A DNA stretch of 63,031 nucleotides, filler included, from Neoconidiobolus thromboides FSU 785 (Eukaryota; Fungi; Entomophthoromycota): the NCBI GenBank assembly GCA_025603075.1. It is 3 parts of 3 records of this genome, joined end to end, with 100 filler letters (N's around TTAATTAATTAA, not from the genome) between each part and the next. Parts side by side here need not be neighbours in the genome. Positions count along the whole stretch, not along the records: positions 1 to 19,952 come from MU626554.1; 2 more parts are not named here. The stretch is one strand, 5' to 3'. Under the pieces are notes generated by a model, which saw nothing but the letters and a program-made list of their open reading frames with translations, was not told the DNA's origin and ran no database searches. Each line of letters opens with the position of its first letter. Within the stretch, counting starts at the first letter, position 1. The translations under genes and the position numbers were made by a program. Shown piece by piece: positions 1-12,859 of the stretch.

Positions 1-1
1 T

Positions 2-520
2 CCTCTTACTTCAGCTAATATTCAAAAACATCTTTCCGATGTTGGTCTTGATGCTGAATTTGCTACTCACTCTCGTATTCGTGGTCTCTCTGGAGGTCAA
101 AAGGTCAAGGTTGTATTAGCAGCTGCTATGTGGGATCATCCTCATTTATTAGTGATGGACGAACCTACCAATTACTTGGATCGTGATTCTCTTGGTGCTC
201 TTGCCAATGCTATGGACTGTTTCGAAGGTGGTGTTATCATGATTACCCATAACACTGAATTCGTTAAATTATGTCCAGAAAAATGGTTTGTTGATAATGG
301 TAGACTTACCGTTGAAGGTGGTAAACAACCAGCTGTTAAAGAGAAGCTTGAACATAAGGTTGTTGAAACTGTCAAAGATGCTTTTGGTAATGAAATTAAA
401 GTTAAACAACCAAAGAAAGAACTCTCCCGTAAAGAAAAGAAAGCTTTAGATAAGAAGAAGAAGGCTGCTAAGAAGAATGGTGTTGCTTTATCAGATGATG
501 AAGAAGATTGGGACATATGA
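2..520 (+). CDS. YEF3: Translation elongation factor 3 (EF-3, ABC-F type), 3' part only; 5' end lies outside the window
   Basis: Open frame from base 2: PLTSANIQKHLSDVGLDAEFATHSRIRGLSGGQKVKVVLAAAMWDHPHLLVMDEPTNYLD (ABC signature, Walker B), followed by a Lys-rich then acidic tail typical of fungal EF-3. Confidence 0.92.
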   Translation, partial: PLTSANIQKHLSDVGLDAEFATHSRIRGLSGGQKVKVVLAAAMWDHPHLLVMDEPTNYLDRDSLGALANAMDCFEGGVIMITHNTEFVKLCPEKWFVDNGRLTVEGGKQPAVKEKLEHKVVETVKDAFGNEIKVKQPKKELSRKEKKALDKKKKAAKKNGVALSDDEEDWDI

Positions 521-1815
521 TCAATCATACGAATTACTCTCGTCTACTATTATATATATTCAAAATTATCTATTTATTTTGAATCATACTGTGTTATTCT
601 AAAATTTAGTCTTTGTCACTTAACTTTACAGGCAAGCAAACAGTTGACGACCGATAAAGATTAAATTTTATAGTCTACTTGTTTCAAAATAAATTATTAT
701 TATTATTTATTTAAGCTTTTTATATAGCAATTTATCATGATTTTCTTTTTTATCTGACCAGAATAATGAATAGTATTTACATACTAATTGCTTTTCCAAG
801 TATAAAATAAACAAACATGTGCTTGATATTTGTTGAGATAAAAAATGATAATGATTTTCGTTATTCACTTTTGTGGAATTCATAGCGATATTTTGTAATA
901 AACGTATGAGCATCTCTCTTTTACTAAAATTTAAGAACATAGCTATAATGTATATTTAGAAATTTAAATAGTGTATATTTATAATAATTAACTAAGACTA
1001 TGGCAATAAGTATAAAATTTAATATAGATTTTTATATATTGACTTTTTAATCAAATGCTAGTCTAATCCCATAATGATTTATTTTGAAATTTTTTTAAGC
1101 AATTTTTTTTGTTCATGTAATGTTCTTTAGAAACTATAAACAGGACTACTTACCAAGGCGTCCTTGCGCAATGGGGATCTCTCAAATGGCGTAGACCAAG
1201 AATAATAGTTTGAAGGGGATTATAATTTTAGTATAACAGTTATCTTTGATAGCATCATTATACTAAATTCGCGTTTCCTTTACATTTAATAATATAACAA
1301 ATTTAAACCAATAATTAAATATTCTTCAATAAGAACACTAAATTCTAGTATTTTTAATTTTAAAACCTTACAGAAATAGCAATATTTATTAAATAGGCTG
1401 TTAGTAATTTAAGCTTTATTTTTGTCTGTAAGGTTATATATAATTAAACATGCTGATAATTAGATCATGCTAAATAGATAAAATATTATCAAACTTGTTT
1501 TCAAATTAAAAATCTGGAAATATGTTTTCTGTTATAGTGTTTGGCTAGTTTTATTCAACATGAAGTCTAAAAACCACGTAATATGAAGTAAGAAGAGATC
1601 TTTCCATTGTTATTTAGACTGGAGATGTATCAGAATTCTGTAAAGCTAGAAAAAATAATAGGCAATAATGTTAAGACCTTATATTCTAAAGCACAGTGAA
1701 TTTTGTTTTTTGTACTTCTAATCCTTAGTAAAATTTGAATGTAAAAATTAAAATTTTATAGAAACTACTCAGTTATAAAAATTTGTAGAAGCAAAAAGTT
1801 ATGAAAGATATATAT

Positions 1816-1912
1816 GGGGTGTTTTTTTAGCGCTTAAAAGATGGAAAAAACAATGAAGCTATTTGAGCGAAAAAATTGGTAGTAAAATTCTTAAATACAA
1901 AGATACATCCAC
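1816..1912. mobile_element. MITE family A copy 1 (carries an internal micro-inversion)
   Basis: Ends GGGGTGTTTTT / AAAGATACATCCAC; ATAT on both sides; body matches the other copies except 1828-1861, which is reversed. Confidence 0.85.
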
Positions 1913-2575
1913 ATATATATAATCTTCAACTCAAACTATTAAATATAAAATTCTCAAATAAAAATAGTTTTAGAATGTGATGTTTTTAATAAAAATTGTC
2001 ATTTTATAATATACTTACTTCCCATAATCAAAAAATATACTAGGAGCATTAATAGTTGCTTTAGCCAATAGATTTACAGTATTGTCTCACAACAATAACT
2101 AAGTGGTTAAATTTCTTGTTGAAAATTAAATTTACAATCAAGACCAGACACCGCTTTAGACTGATGGATTTTAAGACTCGATCTTAAGGTTCAACTTTGG
2201 TAAAACATCTATATTTCCTATATGAAATGCGGACACCACGATAAGGAACATCCTTACAAAAAATCATAATTTAAAATCTTAAATATATAATAATTATTTG
2301 ATTGATTGGCCACAGTTAATCAGTAGAAATACATAAAAGCATAATCAAAAATATTCTTTTAATATCAACACTCAACTCTTGCATAAAGTCAAGAAGGGTA
2401 ACGAAGCTGAGACCTAATAAAAAAAACCAATTCATAACTTTTGTTATAAAGATAAAATAATATAGTTATACTATTAACTACTAATAATTGTATTCAAAAA
2501 TTCGTATATTTTATACCTACATAAACGCCTTATATTTAAATTTGTTATTTAATTAAGGTTATAGCTTAACTATGT

Positions 2576-2673
2576 GGGAATGTTTTTTTTGGCTTCATTA
2601 CTTTTTCTATCTTTAAACACTATTTGATCGGAAATTTTATTAGTAAAATTCTTAAGCCTAAAAATACATCCCC
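2576..2673. mobile_element. MITE family A copy 2
   Basis: GGGAATGTTTTTT...AAAATACATCCCC; ATGT duplicated on both sides. Confidence 0.85.
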
Positions 2674-2914
2674 ATGTATTTAAATAAAATTGTTTACTTT
2701 TGGTTGTTATTTATAGGCTATCTAAAAAAGGCAATTTTACTATTAGTAGAAATAGAATTATTAAATGAAGTATAAAAGTTTGCATAAAAAGTTAGTATGG
2801 GAATACCTTTATTTAGTTTATTATTGATATTTATTAATTTTATCTTGTATAAAAATGGAAAGATAATGAAATAAAATAGATGGTCCCATATAATTATTAA
2901 CAATTTTTATTTAA

Positions 2915-5327
2915 CTAATTAATGGAAGTACGAGAATAACTTGAATAATCATTTATACTGGTAAAATTAGCCGAATTAAATGGATCTAAGACCTCAACAG
3001 ATTGTAAATCTTGTAAGGTTCTTTGGAAGATTTCCCAATCTTCAGGAACTGGAACAGCAAACTAGATTATCATTAGCTAATTATTCTAACTTAAATTTAA
3101 AGAAAGTATACCTCTCCAAGTTCATATACATATAATTTACCATCAGAAGAACCAATAGCTACTTTCATACCATCATCATGCCATACCAATTTATTCAAAG
3201 CACATTCAGAAACTTTGGTTGATATCAATGGAGCCTAAATAATATTACAATTAAATAATAGATACTAAATACAATAAGTACCTCAGTATCAACATTTAAA
3301 TTCCACAAATCAAAATGTCCAGTACCATCAATAACTCCGAACAATGCAGGGTGGATTGGTGACCATTTAACATCATAAACATAATCACCAGAATGTTCAA
3401 ATGAGTGAATTGCAGGAATTGAAAGGGGTGTCGATGATGAAGGGGCTTGCATAGGACTCTATTTATTAATGATTAGTTAGAAATAAACTATACTAAAATA
3501 AATTTACTTTAGAGCGCCATAATTTAACTGACCAATCAAAGGAACAAGTTAAGAAAAGATCGGAGAAATCGTATTTACCATTAGTTTGTGTAGGATGGCA
3601 AGATAAACCAGTAACTGGGCCTGTATGACCACTATAAAAATGATGTGGGTGTATACCTGCTTTACTATTGAAAATATGAATATCCACAGTATTATAAACC
3701 AAATTATTTTTACCTTCCTGCTCTTTCATAACGATGGGCATGATAAATAGCTCCTTCTTCAGTTCCTACTAAGAAAGTAGAAGTTTCATTAGAAAGGAAT
3801 CCAAGCTGTGTGACTGCAACTTCATCAGTTCGAGGATGATTTGTATGAGTTAAAAACAAGACATCCTAATAAATTATAAGATTATAATAATCCGATAAAA
3901 TAATTACTACCTGTGGTTTTGCTAACATATCCAACTGCCAAGTACAAACGTGTCCATCTGTTGAAGCAGTAATAGCATTCAATGTTTGATGTGTACCTAT
4001 CAATTGAAGGTTATATACGGGATGGGTGTGGCAATCTGCATCCAAAGGTGATGCTAAAGTAGGTAATCTAGAGCTAGAACGTGTATCCCAAATTACAACT
4101 TGACCAGAATAAGTACCACCAATAATTAATGTTGGATGGAACTCAACAAACTTTGCAGTTAAAACATCAGACTAAAAATATACAATTATTTTATAGATGG
4201 AAAGGTTGAATAAAACTTACCTGAGCTTGAAAAACAAATTCAGGCCTATCACTTAAATGCAAATTCCAAATTGCAGTCAACCCATCTGGTTCATTAGAAG
4301 CCAGGATATTTTTATTGTATGTTGATAATAAAAGCTCAGGGTACTTAGGTGACCATGCAATGTCCATGATGGAACGATTTCTAGTTACCTTATCATCATA
4401 AAACACACTCAACAACTTCACAGTCTCCTTTTTGTCTTCTTTATTAGATTCATCACCAATAGTATAATCTGCCAAATAGTCATATTTTTCACATAAAGCA
4501 CGCTCCATGACTTTAGAAGCTGTATCTAAAAATGTAACAAACTCTTCTTTGACCACAATATCGCCGATTTCTTCTTCTGTAAGCTCTCTTAAATTTTTAG
4601 CCTCAGTTTCTAGTTCTCTCAATCTTTCTTCCTCAGCTAATTTAGCTGCTGCTTCGGCTTCTTCCAATGCTTTTCTATCTCTTTCTTCACCTTCTAATTT
4701 CCTAGCTTCTTTAATTCTTCTTTCAACTTCCTCTTCATCATATTGTTTTGAGTTGAACATTGAAAGTGAAGTTTGTGCTTCTTTGTTGTATACTACTTTT
4801 TCTTTAGGTGGTATATCATAAATCAAAGATTTGACGGAGGTGAATTTTGGTATGATTCTTGCTGGAGCAGATGCTGAGGGTGATTTTGGAAGTTGTAATC
4901 CTGCAGAGTTTGGTAACGATGCTCTACTACCTTGACCACGTTCGCCAAGGAATGAGGAAATTTCAGTTTCCATAATATCTGTTGATTTTTCTCCTCGTTT
5001 GTGACGTGGCAATGAATCTAAAGTTGAAGTTCTTTGATGTCTAGCTATTCTTGGAGCTTCTGGAGTCACTCTAGAGGATGTCACTGGTGGTATTCTTGAG
5101 CCTACATTTTCTCTAAGGGAAGTGGCTCTTGATAATCCTCCGGCCCCAATTCCAGGATTTCCACGTAAGGAAGCTGCTCGTGATAAACCACCACCAGGGA
5201 GAGCATTATTACCTCCAGGAATCCCATTCGTATCCATAGGACTCGTCTCGGTCTTCCTTTGAGCCATATTAGCTCTAAGTTTTTCTAATTTCTCCCGGGC
5301 AAATTTTATCTTAGAACTTTTGTCCAT
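2915..5327 (-). CDS. Cytoplasmic dynein intermediate chain (WD40), 7 exons
   Basis: Exons read by hand: 5327-4221, 4171-3911, 3865-3508, 3458-3282, 3234-3113, 3061-2915, all with GT-AG introns (6 resolved; count approximate). N-terminal helix [18 protein letters not shown], then WD40 motifs typical of DIC ([52 protein letters not shown]). Confidence 0.9.
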
Positions 5328-5463
5328 TTTTTCTCTAAACTTAAAAACAGTTGCATTTCTATATTAAAATAAATTTTGATGTTGAGTCTAAGTAGATGAA
5401 ACGTAATTGGATACTTTCATTTTGAATAATTTCAATAAAAATCCAAGATTTAAAATAAAAATT

Positions 5464-5556
5464 GGTGATGTTTTTTTTGATTTCATTATTTTTCCATTTT
5501 TTAAGCGCTATTCGAGTGAAAAGATTGTTAGTAAAATTCTTAAAAAAAACACCCCC
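5464..5556. mobile_element. MITE family A copy 3
   Basis: GGTGATGTTTTT...AAAAACACCCCC; AATT on both sides; 137 bp upstream of the dynein IC start codon. Confidence 0.85.
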
Positions 5557-6184
5557 AATTAGTTATTGAGGTTTTATTTTAAATCATACATTTTACTAAA
5601 AATATTATCGTTTATCAATTTCTTAAATATCTTGATAAATGTCAAACATATTAAGCTACTAACTAATGCTTTGTTACATATACAAATCATATTATAAAAA
5701 ATCTTTAACATACCAATATGAGACAAGATGATAAAAAACAACAAGGCTATAGTTTGAATATATAAAATGGGAGATCTATGGCTAATTTAAAGATTTTATT
5801 CAGAACAAACATATAATATGGTTAAAAAAGAATTTAGTATAAAATAAAAGTAATCAGCTTTATTAAATTATTGCTTTGTATATCAATATAAGAATAAAAT
5901 CAAATAGATCTAATGATAAGTGTAAATTTCAAGGATTATAATGAACCGTTAGTTTCCATTAATAACTTTATACTAATCAACATTTGTTGCTTTTAGGATA
6001 TTTGAAAATACTTTTAATTGATATTATATTACGCTAGCTTATCTATAAATAAATTAGGTACAGTGAATTTAAATTATCTTATAATGCCAAAACTAAGGTT
6101 TGATAATAACAACAGTAATAATTGTGAATACTAAATTATCATGGTCATTTTTTATATATTTTATAAAAAATAAATTGTGAACTT

Positions 6185-6818
6185 TTAATTTGATTTACTA
6201 CGATGATGAAGCTCTTTTTCTATAATATAATAAATAAATTAAGCAAATCAAGTTTTTAAATATAAATACCTAATTCAGAAATTTGTGCTTTAAGTTCCAA
6301 CATATCAACGCCAATCGAATTCTTAAACAAATTAGTAACTAACTTATGTTTGAATATCAAACCTTACATATAATTTTCTAAGTTCAGCTTTTAAAGAATC
6401 AATTTGTTCTAATTTAACTGTAGTTTCTTTTAAATGGCGAAGATCTTTTGATACAGTTTCGATGCTTCCGGCATATTTTCTTACCTAGATAAAACGTTAG
6501 TAACATTTATATTTAAAAAAGGTTCTTTACTTTTTCAGTATTTGATTGTAACTCTTTGACAGAATTAAGCATTAATCCAGAAGCAATTTGATAGTCATTA
6601 ATTAAGAGATAATATCCGCTTGCACCTGCAATAGTTGAGCCCAATAAAAAGCCAAGTAAACTAACAATTAAATATACTTTTATTAATAAAAATTAAAGTT
6701 ACCCTCCACGAAATGCACTCATTCTTGGTTTAACTGGGGTTGCAATGGTAGTGTTATGTCTTATGAAGGACTTTGTTAAGCCGCTTTTTGGTAAACTTTG
6801 GATTGCTTTCTTTAACAT
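6185..6818 (-). CDS. Small (~150 aa) single-pass protein with mitochondrial-type presequence; not in the ORF track
   Basis: Five exons spliced by hand (6818-6703, 6660-6531, 6484-6368, 6321-6270, 6219-6185) stay in frame: MLKKAIQSLPKSGLTKSFIRH...RMSAFRGGLLGFLLGSTIAGASGYYLLINDY...coiled coil...HHRSKSN*. Confidence 0.75.
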
Positions 6819-7551
6819 GTTGAAACAATAAGGGTATTTAGTTTAATTCTGTCGAAATAATGAAATTATACAAATTTGATCCAATCACATTGGTAATAAT
6901 TTTATGACTTAAATTGATATTTGGAAGTGATTTTAAAAAAGCAACTTTTTGCTGGTATAAAGCAAACTTTGCAAAATTTTATCCAATAAGACGCTATTAT
7001 AGAAGCACTCTTGAAAAATAAACTTAAATTAAAATAGAAATTATTAAAAATAAACTTAAATTAAAATACAAATTATTAAAAATATTTTAAATTAGACTGA
7101 CTATATTTAAAGACTAATTATATCAAAACAACAGTTTTATTTGTATTAATGAAGTATTTTAAAGCACTAAATCCTGAATAGTAGCACATTATTTTTATCG
7201 GTCCCGAGTGAATAATTTAAACATTACAGTATTTTTAAAGTAAAATCTTTTTAAGCTATTTTTTTATATTGTTCTTATAGAATATATAATTTAAAGCACA
7301 TGAATTTGTATTTGAAGATCAGTAGAAGTACAACAACATAAAGCATCACAGTATCAGTGTTAAAAATAAATAGTTTCACAACAAACCAACATATATAATC
7401 GTTATAAACTTTAATAATTAGTTCGAGTTTATTTTGATAGTTATTCGAAATAGCTTAATATATATAATGATACTTGTTTATAGTACAATTATAACAAAGA
7501 TAGCAATGACACAATATAGAATAACATAACTATAATTTTTTAGTATTAACT

Positions 7552-8388
7552 TTAACATAATAATTTAGCAAAATTATCATTAAGAGCTTCAATGCTATCA
7601 AACCAGTTTTTAACTACTTGGTTTTTTTCATTTGAGACAATTTTGCCAAATACATTTTTAGATACCAATTGAACAAGCTTTAAGTGACTATATAAAACAT
7701 AATCACTATAAGTCACTAAAAAATAATTAATATTACATTAAACATAATAATATTATATTACCATTTTCACCTTCTAAAAACGTTTTATTTTTAAGTGTAG
7801 TTAAAAAAGGTGATAAAAATTTGTCAATAGTTAATGAGCATTCTTCAAAAGTACTAGAAAATTGTTCCAAAGTCATGTTCAAAACATTTTCACGAGAATC
7901 TCGGAAATAAGCCTTATCATTATCATTCCCCAATTGATTATAAATGTCTAAAATAATCACTTTATATAATGGCTGAAAATAACTAGTAATATAATTTTCT
8001 ATAAAATCGGAGAAATGAGAACCATTTGGAAATAAAGAGTTATTAGGATACTTCAATTCTAAATTTTTGACTATTTTACTACTCTCATAATTATAAGTGC
8101 CATCCTCATAAACCAATAGTGGTATTTTATCCCACTCTCCTTTACTTTGAAAATTTAATAAATTATTTTAGTACAATTAAGCTACTTACGTTATTTCAGG
8201 TATATTTCTTATAATTTTACTATAAGTTAACCCAATATGATCAAATTCGACATCCTTAATACTATTTAGCTATCAACTATTAATTATCAATTATTTACTT
8301 TATGTTTTAGGGCTAACAAAACTCTCCAACCATATGGGCTATAATATACACCACCTTCTTTATTTATTAAATTATACAAAGTTAACAT
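7552..8388 (-). CDS. Glutathione S-transferase-like protein (thioredoxin-fold N-terminus, all-alpha C-terminus; resembles the fungal UstS/etherase-like group)
   Basis: Spliced product MLTLYNLINKEGGVYYSPYGWRVLLALKHK..KIPLLVYEDG..ESSKIVKNLELKYP..FLEGENVTYSDYVLY..KNWFDSI; SPY motif, cis-Pro motif, ES motif and N-cap box TYSD. Confidence 0.8.
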
Positions 8389-8709
8389 TTTAGTACTGAA
8401 ATAATGAATAATTTTTATTCTATTTTATACTAGTTTCGCTTTATTTCTGAAATTGAACTTAATTTGTTTTGGGTACTGGTGATGTATATCTAAAATATTA
8501 TGGTTATAAATAATTATGTATTACTAATCGATATTGTAACTAATTTGATAAATAGTTTCTCAAAACTATATAACAGTCTTATTAAATTAAATTGACATAT
8601 CTTAGTATATCGAATAATTTTAAAATATAAACAAGGTCAAATAAATTAAAATAAAGAGTGTTATAATTAACTTATTGTAGATAAGACGATTCATATAGTT
8701 TAAAATTCT

Positions 8710-9314
8710 TTATTTACGATCTTCAACCATGATAAGATGATAACCAAATTTCGTTTTAACTGGTGGATCAGTAAATATTGGGTTATCACAAGTAGAAGGC
8801 TGTAATGCAAATGCGGCATCTTGGAATGGACCGACCATTCCACCTCGGTTTAACCAGCCTAAATTTCCACCAGATTTTGCTTTATCTTATATTTTAAAAA
8901 TATTAAAACACTCGTAAAATATAGCATATAAACAATAAAAATACCTTCAGAATATTGCTCAGCAACCTAAATAAGTTTTAAAACATCATTAAAACAGCCT
9001 TATATCATAACAAAATTAAATTACTTTATCAAATCTCATTTTATCAACTTTGATCTTTTCAAGAGCTTCCACAATCTTTAATACTTGTTTAAAATCATTT
9101 ATTCCAATTTCTTTTCAGTAGAATTATTTTTACCTTGGAATGCTTCTCACATAATATATGGCGTACCTATAATGTTTATTAATTTAATCTATTTTTACTA
9201 TTATCAATAATATTCATTTACTTTTACACTAGTAGCTGCCTTTAATTTTGCTGGAGTGGTGCTCTTCTCTTCAGTTTTATTATTTTTACTTCCACTTGCT
9301 TTTGGTTTCCCCAT
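8710..9314 (-). CDS. PIN4: Parvulin-type peptidyl-prolyl isomerase (Par14/PIN4), 5 exons
   Basis: Spliced: MGKPKASG...[79 protein letters not shown]. Confidence 0.92.
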
Positions 9315-9766
9315 TTTAAACAAAATTGGTTTTTATTTCTCACTTTAGAATTTAAAATCGTTGATTTTGAAATTTAAGAACTTAAAAGAAATTCAATTTG
9401 ATGTTTGAAATCATGAAACAAATTTTCTAAATTATAAACTTTATTAAATAGTTTATAAATAAATCATATATCATTTATTTGATATATTAGATATAAATTT
9501 TTATATTGTATTAGTGTAATATAATATATGATAAAATTAAAATAACCAATTAAGTTAAATAAGTAATAATGTGACTTCATCATTTAATTTTGGAACTTAA
9601 AATCATAAATTGTGCCTAAATGAAAAAAGGTTTCCTGTTGTTTTTTAAATGTCCTACAATAATTAATATATATCAACTAATAATATTAAATCAATAATAT
9701 AATTAAACTTTGTATATATATATAAATAGATATAAATAATTAATAGTTTAATAAATAAAATTAAAA

Positions 9767-12665
9767 ATGAGCAAACCTCAAAAAAATAATAACAAAGTAG
9801 ATCCTGAAACTAATATAAAGACTGCTCCAGAAACTAATAAAAGAAATTCGTTTCTAAGGCGTGGATCAAGAAATTCAAAGGTAAATATAGTATACGTTAT
9901 GATAATATAAAAATATAATACTAAATATTAAAAGGACTCAAAAGAACCAAGCTTAAGTGTAACTATTGATCCAAAAAGTAAAAAAGAGAATGGTGGAGGA
10001 AAAAAAGGATTTTCTAGGCTACTTACCCCAAAGTATTATGAAATAAAAGCTCTAGCCTTATCAAAAGTTGAAGAAAAGAAATCTATATCTGAACATACGC
10101 CAATCCTATCCGATAAAAAGAAACCAAGAGATAATTCAAAAATAGCTAAAGTCGAAAAGGACAAAACTGAAAATAAAGAAAAAGTTGATGTAAAAAGTAT
10201 ACCAAAAGTAGATGAAAACAAGGATGATAAGAATGGTAAATTACTCTAATAATAAGCATTTTGTTTAGTAATACTTTATAGGTTATTTGATTGCTGATAG
10301 TAATAATAGTAATAATAGTAATAATAAAGTTGAAAATGTTCCAAATAGTTCTCCAGCTGATGTGTTACTAAAAAGGAATACATCCAATGGCAGCGCTCAA
10401 AGCTCAATACCAGTAGTGGGATTGAGTGATATAATGGTATCTAGTACCCCATCACTATCACCAAATAATATATCCTCAACAAGTCAACTAAATGAACTAA
10501 TATCTTCACGATCACCTTCTCCAGTTTTAAATAGCAATAACAATAGTAATGATGTTTCATTTAACGAATCCTCTTTTAATAATTCAGCAAACTTAAATTC
10601 ATCTGCTAACTCAATGTTAATACGTAAATCTCTCGCTAGTACTTTAGGGACTGGTAGTTCTATTTCATTAAAAACAGTTTCAACTATAGGCAACCCAAAA
10701 GGATGGGAGAAAGTATATCAGTTTTTTACAGGATGGGTCAATAAAAATAAAAAGGGTATTAACATTCATAGAATACAAATCGAGAAAAGAGGAAAAGTAG
10801 GTCATCAAATATCTTTGCTAAAACATTTTTATTAAAATATGTTATTTAGAGATTAAATTCTACAAGGCTTAAAACAATTAAAGAAAATATTGAAAATTCG
10901 AAAGATAAATTTTTAAGTCATACTGAAGATAGCTTTATAAATTATGGTAATTATCTTAATATCAATTAATCATTATTTATGTACATACTAATGATACAAT
11001 GTTAGCTCCTTTATTTGTTTTAAAATTAGTATCGCTAATGTTTTCAGAGGAGATAGCTAAGTTTCGATTGGAAACGGAATCAAAGATGGTATGGGGAATT
11101 CGAAGAAAAAACTGCATTGAATATGTTGAAATAGATGCTCCATGGGAAAATCAGGTAATTTATTAAATGATAATTTAAATTTATACTAAATAAAATAGTG
11201 TGGTAAAAGAATGATTGGCCAAGAATTACAACCGAATGAATATATTTCAAGAGTTGTAAAAGAATGCTGGAAGTCAATTTTGAAAATAGGCAAAGTAACT
11301 AATTGTAACAAAGAGGAGTTGAAAGTAGAGAGAAGAAAAGGCTTATGGTTTTTAAAACAATTTTGCATTATTTATGGGTTTGGAGTAGTTAAACTAGGGA
11401 TGGTATCGCAGCATATGCTTCCTCAATTAGAAATGATTGCTACCCTACCTGAATTATTTCCTATTCAGAATTTTATTGAAGATACTATATATGGTCTCAA
11501 TAAACAAGAAAATATAAGAGGCAAGCATATTAGAAGAATGCCATCGTATGTTATTAGGAGTAATATGACTACCAGAAGACCCCCTGCACCAGGATATCAT
11601 ATGCATCATAGGAAGTCAAGTAGCGCTCTCAAATCATCTCCGTTAACACCTACCCATGTTTCTTCAAACTCAAACTCAAATTCCCAAAGCTATAGTTATG
11701 GTTTACAAACTCAAGAAGGATCTGGAATCACTCTAGAGAGATTAATACTTTATTTAACAGAAAGTTTAACAAAGATAAATTCACCATCTCTTTCAACTAA
11801 GTTATTTTCTCAACTTGTACATGAGGTACCAAAAGGTGCTTCGATCGTTGATAGTTTTCATAGAGGAGAAATTAATTTATGCTGTGATTATCTTTTAAGC
11901 TATGATTTCGTGATTTCACCTAATAGATGGTTTAGAGAAAGTTGTGATCAAAAAGAGTTAAGCATTATTAATCAGGATGGCTTTATAGCATATTTAGATA
12001 AGTTAGAAACCGACGTAGATCATGGAAAAATACGTTCGATAAATTTAATTAATAAGTCGATAGCATCAAACCATTCTAAGCATGCTAAATTGGATCCTCG
12101 CTTAGTTGCTTCCCATTTAAAACATGTAATTTCTCAACATGGTGGTTTAATTTCTATTCCAATTGCGCATGTGATTATTGAATTAGTTGGTCCAACAATG
12201 CCATCACGTACAAAATCACATCCAAATGTAACTAATTGTGAAGCCTACGATGGCCATCCCAATGAAGAAAGAAATCAATTTATTCGATCCCTACTGTTGT
12301 TATCTCCATTCCAGTTTAATATGATACAAAAAGTAATACAAGTCAGCCAAAGGATATTTGAGTATTATAATAATTATGACAATGATGTATTTACATTTCA
12401 AACTACCAGGAGTAATACTGACAAAGAAGGTATTACTCCACAAGAATTAGCCATTGTACTTCCAGTGATTCCAGCCCATTTGCTTCCAGGTGTCCAATGT
12501 ATTAAACAATGGAACTATGCTTGGGGTAAATTACTTGAAAATGGAAGTAATTTGTTTTTGGATCCTACGTTAAATGGTCTTTCCCTTATTCCAATTCGCT
12601 TAAGCAAAGGGTTTCAATCTACCTTGGAAATTTTACAAGCTTCTGGTATTAAGTTTTTATCTTAA
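9767..12665 (+). CDS. Multi-exon protein with a C-terminal RhoGAP-like domain; exon structure only partly resolved
   Basis: Ser/Asn-rich N-terminal exons and a 484-aa last exon with RhoGAP pattern: LCCDYLL..RWFRES (arginine finger), LDPRLVASHLKHVI, LLLLSPFQFNMIQKVI, GITPQELAIVLP. Confidence 0.62.
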
Positions 12666-12859
12666 AATAGTTTCAATTTTTGATTCTAATTAGTTCATTT
12701 TTATTTTTTTATATTGCTTCATTCAACTATTTTATAATAGTATGTTTAATTACTTTATGATCATCATAACTTTATTTAGAAAATACCTTAAGAATAACTT
12801 TTATTCATATTTAAGCATAGAATTTAAATTTCATTAGTTGCGACTAAATTTACTTATAT

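Noticed and set aside
172-528. Antisense ORFs over EF-3, dynein IC, the 386-aa gene, UGT2 and the subtilisin
   Set aside because: Expected shadows of real coding sequence with biased codon usage
1140-1235. TACTTACC followed by a GC-richer stretch, resembling a U1 snRNA 5' end
   Set aside because: No U1 loop I (GAUCAC) or loop II (AUUGCAC) motifs and spacing too short. It is equally a GTAAGT splice donor on the minus strand of a decayed exon (…GLRHLRDPHCARTPW), which I could not assign.
7016-7083. ~31-bp tandem duplication, plus short hexamer runs near 14340 and 47540
   Set aside because: Ordinary slippage in AT-rich intergenic DNA
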